DNA of 32,000 nt, from assembly GCF_000017305.1 (NCBI RefSeq), contig NC_009664.2, forward strand, positions 1,290,001 to 1,322,000. The letters are read 5' to 3'. Source of the DNA: Kineococcus radiotolerans SRS30216 = ATCC BAA-149 (lineage in GTDB: Bacteria > Actinomycetota > Actinomycetes > Actinomycetales > Kineococcaceae). The notes under the pieces are model-generated. The model searched no databases, was not told where the DNA came from, and saw only the letters and a list, made by a program, of their open reading frames with translations. Position numbers and translations under genes: made by a program. Of the stretch, positions 8,506 through 15,963 are shown in pieces. Position 1 is the stretch's first letter. Each line of letters begins with the position of its first letter.

Positions 8506-9513
8506 CTAATCCGCGTCCAGGACCTCCACCGCCCGGGACACCCCGAGACCCACCACGGCCTCCTCCAGCACGCCCGCGAGGTCCAGGCTGAACCGCGGCG
8601 GCACCAGCGGGCTGGAGGTCAGCCCCGCGGCCAGGCACTCGTGGACGTGCTCCAGCACGAACCGGTGCCCGTCGGCCACGGCGTGGTCGTGCACCTCGAC
8701 GTGCTCCTGCCCGTCGAGGCCGAAGCGGTGGACGGTGAAGCCGGGGGCGGCCGGCAGCGGGGCGTGGACCTCGATCCAGCCCTCGCTGGCCTCGATCCAG
8801 GCCCGCGAGGGGGTGCGCGCGGCCATCGTCGTCGACAGCGCCGCGACCGCGCCGGAGGGCCAGCCCAGCGCGAGCGCCACCTGCCGGTCCACCCCCGTCG
8901 GCCCCAGCGACCCGGCCACCCGCACCTGGTCGGGGGTCCCCAGCAGGGTCAGGGCCAGGCCGACCGGGTAGGGCCCCAGGTCGAACAGCGACCCCCCGCC
9001 GATGGCGGGGTCGTGGAAGCGGTGCAGCGACTCCGGCGCGGGGAAGCCGAAGTCGGCGTGCACCCCCAGCACCTCCCCCACGTCCCCGCGCGCGACGGTC
9101 TCCAGCAGGGCGAGGGTGCCGGGCAGGAAGCGCGTCCAGTAGGCCTCCATGCAGAACACCGACCGCTCGCGGGCCAGGTCGAGCAGGTCGCGGGTCGCGG
9201 CGAGGCTGACCGTCATCGGCTTCTCGACGAGCACGGCCTTGCCCGCCAGCAGCGCCGCCCGCGCCGGGGCGTGGTGCTGGGGGTGGGTGGTGGCGACGTA
9301 GACGGCGTCGACGGCCGGGTCGGCCAGCAGCCCCGCCACGTCGTCGTAGGGCGTGACGGGACCGGGGGCGGCCTGGTCGGCGGCGAAGCCGCGGGCCCGG
9401 TCCAGGTCCCGGGAGGCCACCGCCACCAGCCGCCCCCCGGGGGCGAGCTCCAGCGCCCGGGCGACCGTGCGGGCGATGCCCCCGGTCCCGACGAAACCCC
9501 AACCGACGCTCAC
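8506..9513 (-). CDS. Gfo/Idh/MocA family oxidoreductase
   Basis: Starts at the GTG at 9513, preceded by GAGGGGGA. The N-terminal Rossmann motif is GWGFVGTGGIA and the EKP motif is VLVEKPM. Confidence 0.85.
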   Translation of the reverse strand: MSVGWGFVGTGGIARTVARALELAPGGRLVAVASRDLDRARGFAADQAAPGPVTPYDDVAGLLADPAVDAVYVATTHPQHHAPARAALLAGKAVLVEKPMTVSLAATRDLLDLARERSVFCMEAYWTRFLPGTLALLETVARGDVGEVLGVHADFGFPAPESLHRFHDPAIGGGSLFDLGPYPVGLALTLLGTPDQVRVAGSLGPTGVDRQVALALGWPSGAVAALSTTMAARTPSRAWIEASEGWIEVHAPLPAAPGFTVHRFGLDGQEHVEVHDHAVADGHRFVLEHVHECLAAGLTSSPLVPPRFSLDLAGVLEEAVVGLGVSRAVEVLDAD

Positions 9514-9529
9514 GTGGTCCCCCTCGACC

Positions 9530-10498
9530 TCAGGCAGGTGCTTCCTGCGGGACGTCAGCCTTGCGCGGCAGCGACTGCGACGCACCCGGACGGCTCACGG
9601 TGACCGCCGCGACCCGCGCCGCCCAGTGCGCGGCGTCGAGCAACCCGGCGCCCTCGAGCAGGGCGTCGGCGAGCGCGGCGACGAAGCTGTCGCCGGCCGC
9701 CGTCGCGTCCACCAGCCGCGCGGGGACGGCCGGCACCTCGGCGTGCCCGCCGGGGGTGACGACGACGGAGCCGTGCTCGCCGCGGGTGACGATCGTGGTC
9801 CCGGCGGGGCGGACCCGGCGGGCCTGGGCGACGATCCCCTCGACGTCGCGCGCGGTGGGCTCCCCGGCGAGGACGGCCAGCTCGCCGGCGTTGGGCACGA
9901 GGAGGTCGGCGCGGGCCAGCAGCTCGGGGGGCAGCGGGCGGGCCGGGGCGGGGTTGAGCACCAGCAGGCCGGTGCAGAGGCGGGCCGCGGCCACCAGCGC
10001 CTCGTCGGGGACCTCGCACTGCAGCAGCACCACGCGGGCGGTGCTGACGGCAGCCAGCGCCCCCTGCACGCGGGCCTCGTCCATCCGGTCGTTGGCCCCG
10101 GGGCTCAGCACGATCGTGGACTCCCCGCCGTGGACGAGGACGACGGCGACGCCGGTGGGGACGTCGAGGGCGGCGACGTGCCCGACGTCGATGCCCTCGG
10201 CGGCCAGCGCCGCGCGCAGCCCGCGCCCCTCGTCGTCGTCGCCGACGGCGGCGACCATGGCGACGCTGCGCCCGAGGCGGGCCGCGGCGACGGCCTGGTT
10301 GGCGCCCTTGCCCCCGAGGCCGCGCTCGGCGTCGGAGCCGCGCACGGTCTGGCCGGCCGGCGGGAGCTCGTCGAGGCGGATGGCGAGGTCGGCGTTGACG
10401 CTGCCGACGACGGTGACGTCGTGGGTCTTCTCCGCGCGGGGCCGGCCGTGGCTGTCGCGGTCGAGGGGGCTGTCGCGGTCGAGGGGGCTGTCGTTCAC
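9530..10498 (-). CDS. rbsK: Ribokinase (PfkB family carbohydrate kinase)
   Basis: Starts at the GTG at 10498, with a perfect AAGGAG 5 nt upstream. Motifs are VVGSVNADL, GGKGANQAVAAARLG, NAGE and DATAAGDSF. The rest of the 560-aa track ORF is shadow. Confidence 0.82.
   Translation of the reverse strand: MNDSPLDRDSPLDRDSHGRPRAEKTHDVTVVGSVNADLAIRLDELPPAGQTVRGSDAERGLGGKGANQAVAAARLGRSVAMVAAVGDDDEGRGLRAALAAEGIDVGHVAALDVPTGVAVVLVHGGESTIVLSPGANDRMDEARVQGALAAVSTARVVLLQCEVPDEALVAAARLCTGLLVLNPAPARPLPPELLARADLLVPNAGELAVLAGEPTARDVEGIVAQARRVRPAGTTIVTRGEHGSVVVTPGGHAEVPAVPARLVDATAAGDSFVAALADALLEGAGLLDAAHWAARVAAVTVSRPGASQSLPRKADVPQEAPA
10451..10493 (-). repeat. 18-bp tandem direct repeat (about 2.4 copies) inside the ribokinase 5' end
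   Basis: gctgtcgcggtcgagggg occurs at 10451..10468 and again at 10469..10486, followed by the partial copy gctgtcg. It encodes SPLDRD-SPLDRD-S in the N-terminal extension. Confidence 0.9.
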
Positions 10499-10509
10499 GG
10501 GGGACTCCT

Positions 10510-11196
10510 TCAGCGGACGGGCAGGACCCAGATGGCGGCGACGGCGGGGTCGCCGAGGTCGACCTCGCGCCCGGTGCCCAGCCGGACCACGGTGGTCCCG
10601 GCGAACCCCCTGCGCTGCAGGACCTCCACCGTCAGGTCCAGGCCGATGCCGAGCTCGGCGAAGTAGCGCAGGACGTCGGGATCGGCGTCGGAGATGCGGG
10701 CCACGACGCCGGTGCCGCCCTCGGGGACGTCGGAGAGGTTGTGCGCGCCGGGGCGGGGGACGGTGCCGTCGGGACGCGGGATGGGGTCGCCGTGCGGGTC
10801 GCGCTCGGGGTGGCCGAGGCGGGCGTCGAGGCGGTCCAGCATCCGGTCGGAGACGACGTGCTCGAGCACCTCGGCCTCCTCGTGGACCTCGTCCCAGGAG
10901 TAGCCGAGGTCGGCGACGAGGAAGGTCTCCAGCAGCCGGTGCCGGCGCACCACGGCCAGCGCCCGGGTGCGTCCCTCCTCGGTCAGCTCCACCCCGCCGT
11001 AGCGCTCGTGGCGGAGCAGGCCGGCGTCGGTGAGCTTGCGCACGGCCTCGGAGGCGGTGGAGGCGGACACCCCCATGGTCTGGGCCAGCATCGAGAGGGT
11101 GATCTTCGCGTCCGACCACTCCCCGGCCGCGTAGACGGTCTTGAGGCAGTCCTCCGCCGCCGGGGTGGCGGCAGCCGTGGTCGAGGGGCGGGGCAC
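10510..11196 (-). CDS. DtxR/MntR-family metal-dependent transcriptional regulator with C-terminal FeoA/SH3-like domain
   Basis: Motifs are LKTVY..ITLSMLAQTMGVSASTASEAVRKL (wHTH), RHRLLETFL and HEEAEVLEHV (metal-site region), plus a C-terminal FeoA-like domain. I prefer the GTG at 11196. The track start at 11265 would fall inside the 24-bp palindrome. Confidence 0.82.
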   Translation of the reverse strand: MPRPSTTAAATPAAEDCLKTVYAAGEWSDAKITLSMLAQTMGVSASTASEAVRKLTDAGLLRHERYGGVELTEEGRTRALAVVRRHRLLETFLVADLGYSWDEVHEEAEVLEHVVSDRMLDRLDARLGHPERDPHGDPIPRPDGTVPRPGAHNLSDVPEGGTGVVARISDADPDVLRYFAELGIGLDLTVEVLQRRGFAGTTVVRLGTGREVDLGDPAVAAIWVLPVR

Positions 11197-11250
11197 GGCC
11201 CGAGTTTGCCACTCCCCGGTCCGGGGTAGCGGTACCGCAGCACCGAGGTT

Positions 11251-11274
11251 ACGATTTCGGTGCACCGAAATCGT
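11251..11274. promoter_or_regulatory. Perfect 24-bp palindrome, candidate operator in the divergent promoter region
   Basis: ACGATTTCGGTGCACCGAAATCGT equals its own reverse complement. It is locally AT-enriched. On the minus strand a TAACCT -10-like hexamer (11251..11246) follows immediately. Confidence 0.6.
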
Positions 11275-11331
11275 GGACGCCGACGGGGATCCGCCGGCGG
11301 GCAGCGGGTGGTCCAGCGAGGGGAGACGGTC

Positions 11332-11562
11332 GTGCGTCGGACGTGGGTGAACGTGGCGGACGTGGTGCTCGGCGCCGCGCTCCTCGTGGCGGCCGTCGCG
11401 GCCGGAGCCGGCGGGCGTCCCCTGGAGGCCGTCGCGGCCGTCGTCCTGGGCCTGGCCTGGGGGGTCCGCGGCGCGGTCGGGCTGCGTCGCGGCACCGGCC
11501 CCGCACCCGACCTCGGGCCCGCCCCGGCGGGCCCGGCGGGACCCCTCCCCGCCACGCGCTGA
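11332..11562 (+). CDS. Small putative membrane protein (76 aa, two hydrophobic segments)
   Basis: The GTG at 11332 is preceded by GGGGAGA 5 nt upstream. GC3 is about 90%. Hydrophobic stretches are VVLGAALLVAAVAAGAG and AVAAVVLGLAWGV. Confidence 0.45.
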   Translation: MRRTWVNVADVVLGAALLVAAVAAGAGGRPLEAVAAVVLGLAWGVRGAVGLRRGTGPAPDLGPAPAGPAGPLPATR

Positions 11563-11606
11563 ACCGCCTCCCCCGCCGGGGGTGACCCCGGTGCCACCAT
11601 CGCGGG

Positions 11607-12716
11607 GTGGTCCCTCCCGCCCCCCGCTCCCCCTCCGACGACCTCGCGGCCACCTGGCGGCGCACCCGCCCGGCGCGCGCCCTGGTGCACTTGGACTCCG
11701 CGGCCGCCGGCCGCAGCAGCTGGGCCGTGCTCGACGCCACCGCCCGCCACGCCCGCCGGGAGGCCGAGCTCGGCGGCTACCTCGCCGCCCAGGAGGCCGC
11801 GGTCGAGCTGGAGCGGACCCGCGAGCGGATCCGCGCGCTGCTGGGCTGGGACGGGGGCACCGTCGCGTTCGTGCACAGCGCCGAGGACGCGCTGCGCCGG
11901 GTGCTGCTGGGCTGGCCGGGTGGGCCGCCGGCCACCGTCGCCCACGCCCGCGGGGAGTACGGCCCGAACCTCGCCGTCCTGCGCGGGCTGGGCGTCGCCA
12001 CCCGCGAGGTCGAGGGCCCGCACCGGCTGGACCCCGGCGCCTTCACCGCCGCCCTGGCCCGGCACCGGCCCGACCTGGTGCACCTGACCTGGCTGGGCAG
12101 CCACGTCGGGACCCTCCAGCCCGTCGTCGAGGTCGCGCGCGCCTGCCGCGCCGCGGGCGTGCCGGTCGTCGTGGACGCCGCGCAGGCCTTCGGCCACCTC
12201 GACACGAGCACCGCCGGCGACGTCGACGTGGTCTACGGGACGTCGCGCAAGTGGCTGGCCGGACCGCGCGGGGTGGGTTTCGTCGCCGTCCGCGGGGACC
12301 TCGCCCGGCGCACCGGGGACCTGGAGCAGGCCGAGGCGCACGTCGCGGGGCGGCTCGGCCTGGCGGTCGCGGTGGCCGAGCACGTCGAGCTCGGGCCGGG
12401 CGCCGTCCGCGCGGGGCTCGCCGAGGTGGGGGCCCGGACCCGGCACCGGCTGGCCGCGGGGCTCGAGGGGGCCTGGGACGTCGTGGAGGACCTCGACGAG
12501 CCGAGCGCCCTCGTCACCCTGCGACCGCGCCGGCCCCTGGACCTCGCGGCGCTGCGGGCCGCGCTGATCGCCGAGGACGGCGTCGTCACGACGTACCTGG
12601 GCACCGAGCGCTCCCCCGGGGAGATGGCGGCCCCCGCGCTGCGGGTCAGCGGGCACCTGGACACCACCGACGAGGACCTGGACACCCTCGTGCGGGCCCT
12701 GCGGCAGCGGGCGTGA
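11607..12716 (+). CDS. Aminotransferase class V-fold PLP-dependent enzyme (possibly EgtE-like C-S lyase)
   Basis: A 369-aa ORF. HLDSAAAG, VVVDAAQAFGH and the PLP-lysine motif SRKWLAGPRGVG are present, and the C-terminus has LRVSGHLDTT. There is no Cys in the C-terminal active-site loop, so it is unlikely to be a cysteine desulfurase. Confidence 0.85.
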   Translation: MVPPAPRSPSDDLAATWRRTRPARALVHLDSAAAGRSSWAVLDATARHARREAELGGYLAAQEAAVELERTRERIRALLGWDGGTVAFVHSAEDALRRVLLGWPGGPPATVAHARGEYGPNLAVLRGLGVATREVEGPHRLDPGAFTAALARHRPDLVHLTWLGSHVGTLQPVVEVARACRAAGVPVVVDAAQAFGHLDTSTAGDVDVVYGTSRKWLAGPRGVGFVAVRGDLARRTGDLEQAEAHVAGRLGLAVAVAEHVELGPGAVRAGLAEVGARTRHRLAAGLEGAWDVVEDLDEPSALVTLRPRRPLDLAALRAALIAEDGVVTTYLGTERSPGEMAAPALRVSGHLDTTDEDLDTLVRALRQRA

Positions 12717-12810
12717 ACCCCGTCTGAACAGGCGCGGTCGGCGCGACGCTGCCAGAGTTGGCCCGGAGATCACCAGCACGACGCACGTCGACGAACGAGG
12801 AGGAGCTTCC

Positions 12811-13131
12811 ATGATGGGCAAGGTTCTGCTGCTGGCCGCCGCGGGTGCGGGGTACGTGCTCGGTGCCCGCGCCGGCCGTGAGCGCTACGACCAGATCAGC
12901 TCCACGGTGGGTCGCCTCTGGGGCAACCCCAAGGTGCAGGAGAAGGTCGGCGACCTCCAGAGCAGCGCGGGCGACCTGGCCAAGCAGGCCGGTTCCGTGG
13001 CGCAGGAGAAGGTCGGCGCCGCCGCCAGCTCCGTCTCCGGCAGCGTGAAGGACAAGCTCGGCGGGGGCAGCGGGGCGGGCACCGACCAGCCCCTCGGCGA
13101 CCAGCACCACACCCGGATGCCGACGGACTGA
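12811..13131 (+). CDS. YtxH-like small membrane-anchored hypothetical protein
   Basis: The ATG is preceded by GAGGAGGAG. The N-terminal helix is KVLLLAAAGAGYVLGARAGRERYDQI. The rest is a hydrophilic Lys/Ser/Gly-rich tail, a conserved actinobacterial pattern. Confidence 0.8.
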   Translation: MMGKVLLLAAAGAGYVLGARAGRERYDQISSTVGRLWGNPKVQEKVGDLQSSAGDLAKQAGSVAQEKVGAAASSVSGSVKDKLGGGSGAGTDQPLGDQHHTRMPTD

Positions 13132-13137
13132 CCCCCG

Positions 13138-13155
13138 CCCCGGGTGCTCCCGGGG
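13138..13155 (+). terminator. GC hairpin 7 nt after the YtxH-like gene stop
   Basis: ccccggg-tgct-cccgggg forms a 7-bp stem with a 4-nt loop. Confidence 0.5.
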
Positions 13156-13161
13156 ACGGCC

Positions 13162-13219
13162 GACGACGTGGCCCCGGCGGTGCGGAGCGCGAGCTCCCGC
13201 CGCCGGTGACCACGTCGTC
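13162..13219. terminator. Long imperfect hairpin between convergent genes (candidate bidirectional terminator)
   Basis: gacgacgtgg (13162..13171) pairs with ccacgtcgtc (13210..13219). An inner pair ccggcgg/ccgccgg extends the stem. Confidence 0.5.
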
Positions 13220-13254
13220 CTGCGTCCGGGCCCGCGCGAGGGGGCGGGAGGGCC

Positions 13255-13773
13255 CTAGGGCTGCTCCCGCCGCGACGCCAGCACCTGCCGCAGGACCCGG
13301 CGCGGCAGCACGTACCAGCAGAGCGCGATGAGCGCCGCGACCGCGCCGCCCGCGACCCACCCGGCGGTGCGGCCGCCGATGACGTCGACGACCAGCAGCA
13401 CCCCGCCGGAGACGACGGCGCCCAGGACGGCCAGGCCGACCTTGGTGAAGGCGGTGCCGGCGGCGACCAGGCGCCCCTTGGACTGCTGGCGGAACAGCGC
13501 CCGGTGGTAGCCGACGGGGGCGATGAACAGCACGAGGGCGACGACAGCCAGCAGCAGCACCACGGCGTAGACGGTCACCTGGTAGCGGTCCAGCTCCTCG
13601 AAGCGGGCCTGGAAGGGCACCGTGAGCAGGAACGCCGTCAGCAGCTGCACGCCGGTCTGGACGACCCGCAGCTCCTGGAGCAGCTCCGCCCAGTTGCGGT
13701 CCATCCGCTCGGTCGGGGTCTCGTTGCGCAGCCCGGTGTAGGGGTCGACGGGATCGGGCACCACCGCGCTCAC
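13255..13773 (-). CDS. DUF6328-family membrane protein
   Basis: Starts at the GTG at 13773. RNETPTERMDRNWAELLQELRVVQTGVQLLTAFLL..PFQARF is followed by further TM helices. The Gly/Arg-rich extension to 14052 is judged spurious. Confidence 0.75.
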   Translation of the reverse strand: MSAVVPDPVDPYTGLRNETPTERMDRNWAELLQELRVVQTGVQLLTAFLLTVPFQARFEELDRYQVTVYAVVLLLAVVALVLFIAPVGYHRALFRQQSKGRLVAAGTAFTKVGLAVLGAVVSGGVLLVVDVIGGRTAGWVAGGAVAALIALCWYVLPRRVLRQVLASRREQP

Positions 13774-13996
13774 CCGGCGCCGCCCCCGGCGTCTCCCCCG
13801 CGCAGCAGGACCACTCCCCCCACCGGTCCACCCCTCGCCTCGTCCGTCCGTGCGACCCCCACCCTGCCGGGACCCCCCACCCGCGGCAACCGCTCCCGGT
13901 CCGCGCTCCACCCCGCCGGCGCCCACAGGGCCCCGGACGTGAGGTCGTGCCCGCGGGGACCTGGACACCCCGCCCCCCGCGCGGGACGCTCGGGGC

Positions 13997-14386
13997 ATGG
14001 CCGACACCGCCTCCCGCCCCGCGATCCGTCTCGGGACGGTCGTCCTCGACACCCCGGACCCGCAGGGCCTGGCCGCCTTCTACGCCGGGCTGCTCGGCTG
14101 GGAGCTCGACCCCGGGGACACCTCCGGGGACTGGGTCACGATCCGCGGGGCGGGCGGTGCGCCGCTGGCCTTCCAGCTCGCCCCGGACCACGTCGCGCCG
14201 ACCTGGCCGGCCGAGGGGGTGCCCCAGCAGTTCCACCTCGACCTCGTCGTCGACGACTACGAGAGCACCGAACCGCACGCGCTGTCCCTGGGCGCCACCC
14301 TGGTCGAGGGCTCGGAGGACCACCCCGGGTTCCGGGTGTACACCGATCCCGCCGGGCACCCGTTCTGCCTCTGCCTGGCCGACTGA
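13997..14386 (+). CDS. VOC family protein (glyoxalase/bleomycin-resistance fold)
   Basis: A 129-aa ORF with LGTVVLDTPDPQGLAAFYAGLLGW, FHLDLVVDD and DPAGHPFCL. Confidence 0.88.
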   Translation: MADTASRPAIRLGTVVLDTPDPQGLAAFYAGLLGWELDPGDTSGDWVTIRGAGGAPLAFQLAPDHVAPTWPAEGVPQQFHLDLVVDDYESTEPHALSLGATLVEGSEDHPGFRVYTDPAGHPFCLCLAD

Positions 14387-14399
14387 CCGGGTAGCCGGT

Positions 14400-14429
14400 G
14401 CCCCGCGGTCCCGGTGGGAGCCGCGGGGC
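14400..14429. terminator. GC hairpin between convergent genes
   Basis: gccccgcgg pairs with ccgcggggc: a 9-bp stem with a 12-nt loop. It lies between the VOC stop (14386) and the small basic protein stop (14438). Confidence 0.5.
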
Positions 14430-14437
14430 GGACGGGC

Positions 14438-14584
14438 TCAGCGGCCGCGGTGGGAGCCCTTCACGCTGTCGGCGACGGCGTCGGCGGCGCTGCGGGAGCT
14501 GTTCTTGTCCTTCTTGTCGGCGCGCTTCTCCTTGAGCGACTTCCCGCTCTTCTTCGAGCTGGCGCCTCGGGGCGACTTGTCCAT
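14438..14584 (-). CDS. Small (48 aa) Lys/Ser-rich basic hydrophilic protein
   Basis: The ATG at 14584 is preceded by GGAGA 5 nt upstream. The sequence is MDKSPRGASSKKSGKSLKEKRADKKDKNSSRSAADAVADSVKGSHRGR. GC3 is about 98%, with all Lys as AAG, which supports real coding despite low complexity. Confidence 0.65.
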   Translation of the reverse strand: MDKSPRGASSKKSGKSLKEKRADKKDKNSSRSAADAVADSVKGSHRGR

Positions 14585-14766
14585 GGTGATCTCCTGTCCG
14601 CCCGGTGACCGGGCGTTCGCCGTGACCGGCGGGTGCACCGCGTGGGGTCGACTCCGGCCGTGCGCCCTCCTGCTCGAGCCGGGTGACGACGGGGCGCAGC
14701 GCCCCGTGCGGTCCTCGCACAGTACGCGGCCGCGGCGGGGTCCGTGTCCCCTCGCCCGGGGGAACG

Positions 14767-14806
14767 GCGAAGACCCGCGTCCCCGGAGGGGGACGCGGGT
14801 CTTCGC
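14767..14806 (-). terminator. Strong stem-loop terminator after the ThuB-like gene
   Basis: ggcgaagacccgcgtcccc-ggag-ggggacgcgggtcttcgc forms an 18-bp perfect stem with a 4-nt loop. It begins 18 nt past the stop at 14824. Confidence 0.75.
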
Positions 14807-14823
14807 GCGGGCGGTGCGGGACC

Positions 14824-15963
14824 TCAGGCGGTGAGGTCCACCGGGGTGGTGATGGCCTCGGGGCGCTCGCAGGTCGTGGTCAGGGTCACCGAGGTGTGCC
14901 CGTCCGCGGCCCGCTGCACCGACTCCATGATGTCGAGGACGTGCAGCGCGACCTCGTCGTTGGCGCGGTGGGGGCGGCCCTCGGCCACCGACAGCGCGAG
15001 GTCGGCCAGGCCGTAGCCGCGGCCGGAGTCGACGAACCCGGCGGTGACGCCGACGTCCTTCCAGTTCGACTCCTGGTCCGCGTCGGGACCGGGCGCCGGG
15101 GCGGTCGCGGCGGAGAACAGCTCCACCGCGCCCTCGAACATGTTCGGGTCCGGGACCGAGAGCGACCCGCCGGTGCCGTGGACCTCGATGCGGGGCAGGC
15201 GTGCGGCCCAGGTGTCGAAGCTCATGACCAGCGTCGACAGGGCGCCGGAGGCGTGCTCCAGGATCCCGGTGATGTGGGTGTCGATGGTGACCGGGAACGA
15301 CTCCCCGGCCCGCGGGCCGGAGCCGATGGTGCGGGTCTGCGAGGGCCGCGAGGAGGCGCCCACGACCCGGACGACCGGGCCGAGCAGGTGCACCAGCGAG
15401 GTCAGGTAGTACGGGCCCATGTCGAGCAGCGGGCCGCCGCCGGGCTGGTAGTAGAAGTCCGGCTGCGGGTGCCAGCGCTCGTGACCGGGGGTGGTCATGA
15501 ACGCCGTCGCCGAGTGCGGGGTCCCGATCTCGCCGGCGTCGACCAGCGCGCGGGCCGTCTGCACGCCGGTGCCCAGCACGGTGTCCGGGGCGCAGCCGAC
15601 CCGCAGGCCGGCCGCGGCGGCGGCCTTGACGACCTCGCGCCCCTCGGCCACGTCCATCGCCAGCGGCTTCTCGCCGTAGACGTGCTTGCCCGCGGCCAGC
15701 GCCTGCAGCGCGACCTCGGCGTGCGTGCGCGGCAGGGTGAGGTTGAGGACCACGTCGACGTCGTCGGCGGCGAGCAGCTCCGCCAGCGGCAGCACCCGCG
15801 CCCCGTGCTCGTCGGCCAGCGCCTGCGCCCGCTCGGGCACGAAGTCGCTCACCGCGGTGATCTGCAGCTGCGGCAGGCGCTTCAGCGACGCCGAGTACTG
15901 CGCGGAGATGACGCCGGCGCCGACGACGCCGACGCGCAACGGGTTGGTCAGCGGGCTGCCCAC
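14824..15963 (-). CDS. Gfo/Idh/MocA family oxidoreductase (ThuB-like partner of ThuA)
   Basis: The GTG at 15963 is preceded by GAGAGGGG. Motifs are RVGVVGAGVISAQY (Rossmann) and VYGEKPL. It overlaps the ThuA-domain gene end by 16 nt. Confidence 0.85.
   Translation of the reverse strand: MGSPLTNPLRVGVVGAGVISAQYSASLKRLPQLQITAVSDFVPERAQALADEHGARVLPLAELLAADDVDVVLNLTLPRTHAEVALQALAAGKHVYGEKPLAMDVAEGREVVKAAAAAGLRVGCAPDTVLGTGVQTARALVDAGEIGTPHSATAFMTTPGHERWHPQPDFYYQPGGGPLLDMGPYYLTSLVHLLGPVVRVVGASSRPSQTRTIGSGPRAGESFPVTIDTHITGILEHASGALSTLVMSFDTWAARLPRIEVHGTGGSLSVPDPNMFEGAVELFSAATAPAPGPDADQESNWKDVGVTAGFVDSGRGYGLADLALSVAEGRPHRANDEVALHVLDIMESVQRAADGHTSVTLTTTCERPEAITTPVDLTA

Noticed and set aside
10510-11265. 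Long form of the DtxR/MntR-family regulator starting at 11265
   Set aside because: That start codon would lie inside the perfect 24-bp palindrome. It would add a 23-aa non-conserved leader (MHRNRNLGAAVPLPRTGEWQTRA). The GTG at 11196 leaves the palindrome in a sensible promoter position. This is not proven, so both starts should be tested.
10983-12821. A 612-aa minus-strand ORF, plus the overlapping ORFs 11249..11740 and 11582..12727
   Set aside because: They are antisense to or out of frame with the PLP enzyme gene, which carries the SRKWLAGPRGVG lysine motif. They are Arg/Pro/Gly-rich with no recognisable domains.
13856-13882. C-rich plus strand (G-rich minus strand), giving the G-quadruplex-like motif GGGTGGGGGGTCCCGGCAGGGTGGGGG upstream of the DUF6328 gene
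   Set aside because: At more than 70% GC, runs of three or more G are expected by chance, one loop is 8 nt, and nothing else supports function. I note it only as a local C/G skew in the 223-bp intergenic region.
13255-14052. The 265-aa version of the DUF6328 gene with a Gly/Arg-rich 93-aa N-terminal extension
   Set aside because: The extension (RASRAGGGVSRSPRARPHVRGPVGAGG...) is low-complexity and would consume the whole divergent promoter region. The conserved family core begins right after the GTG at 13773.
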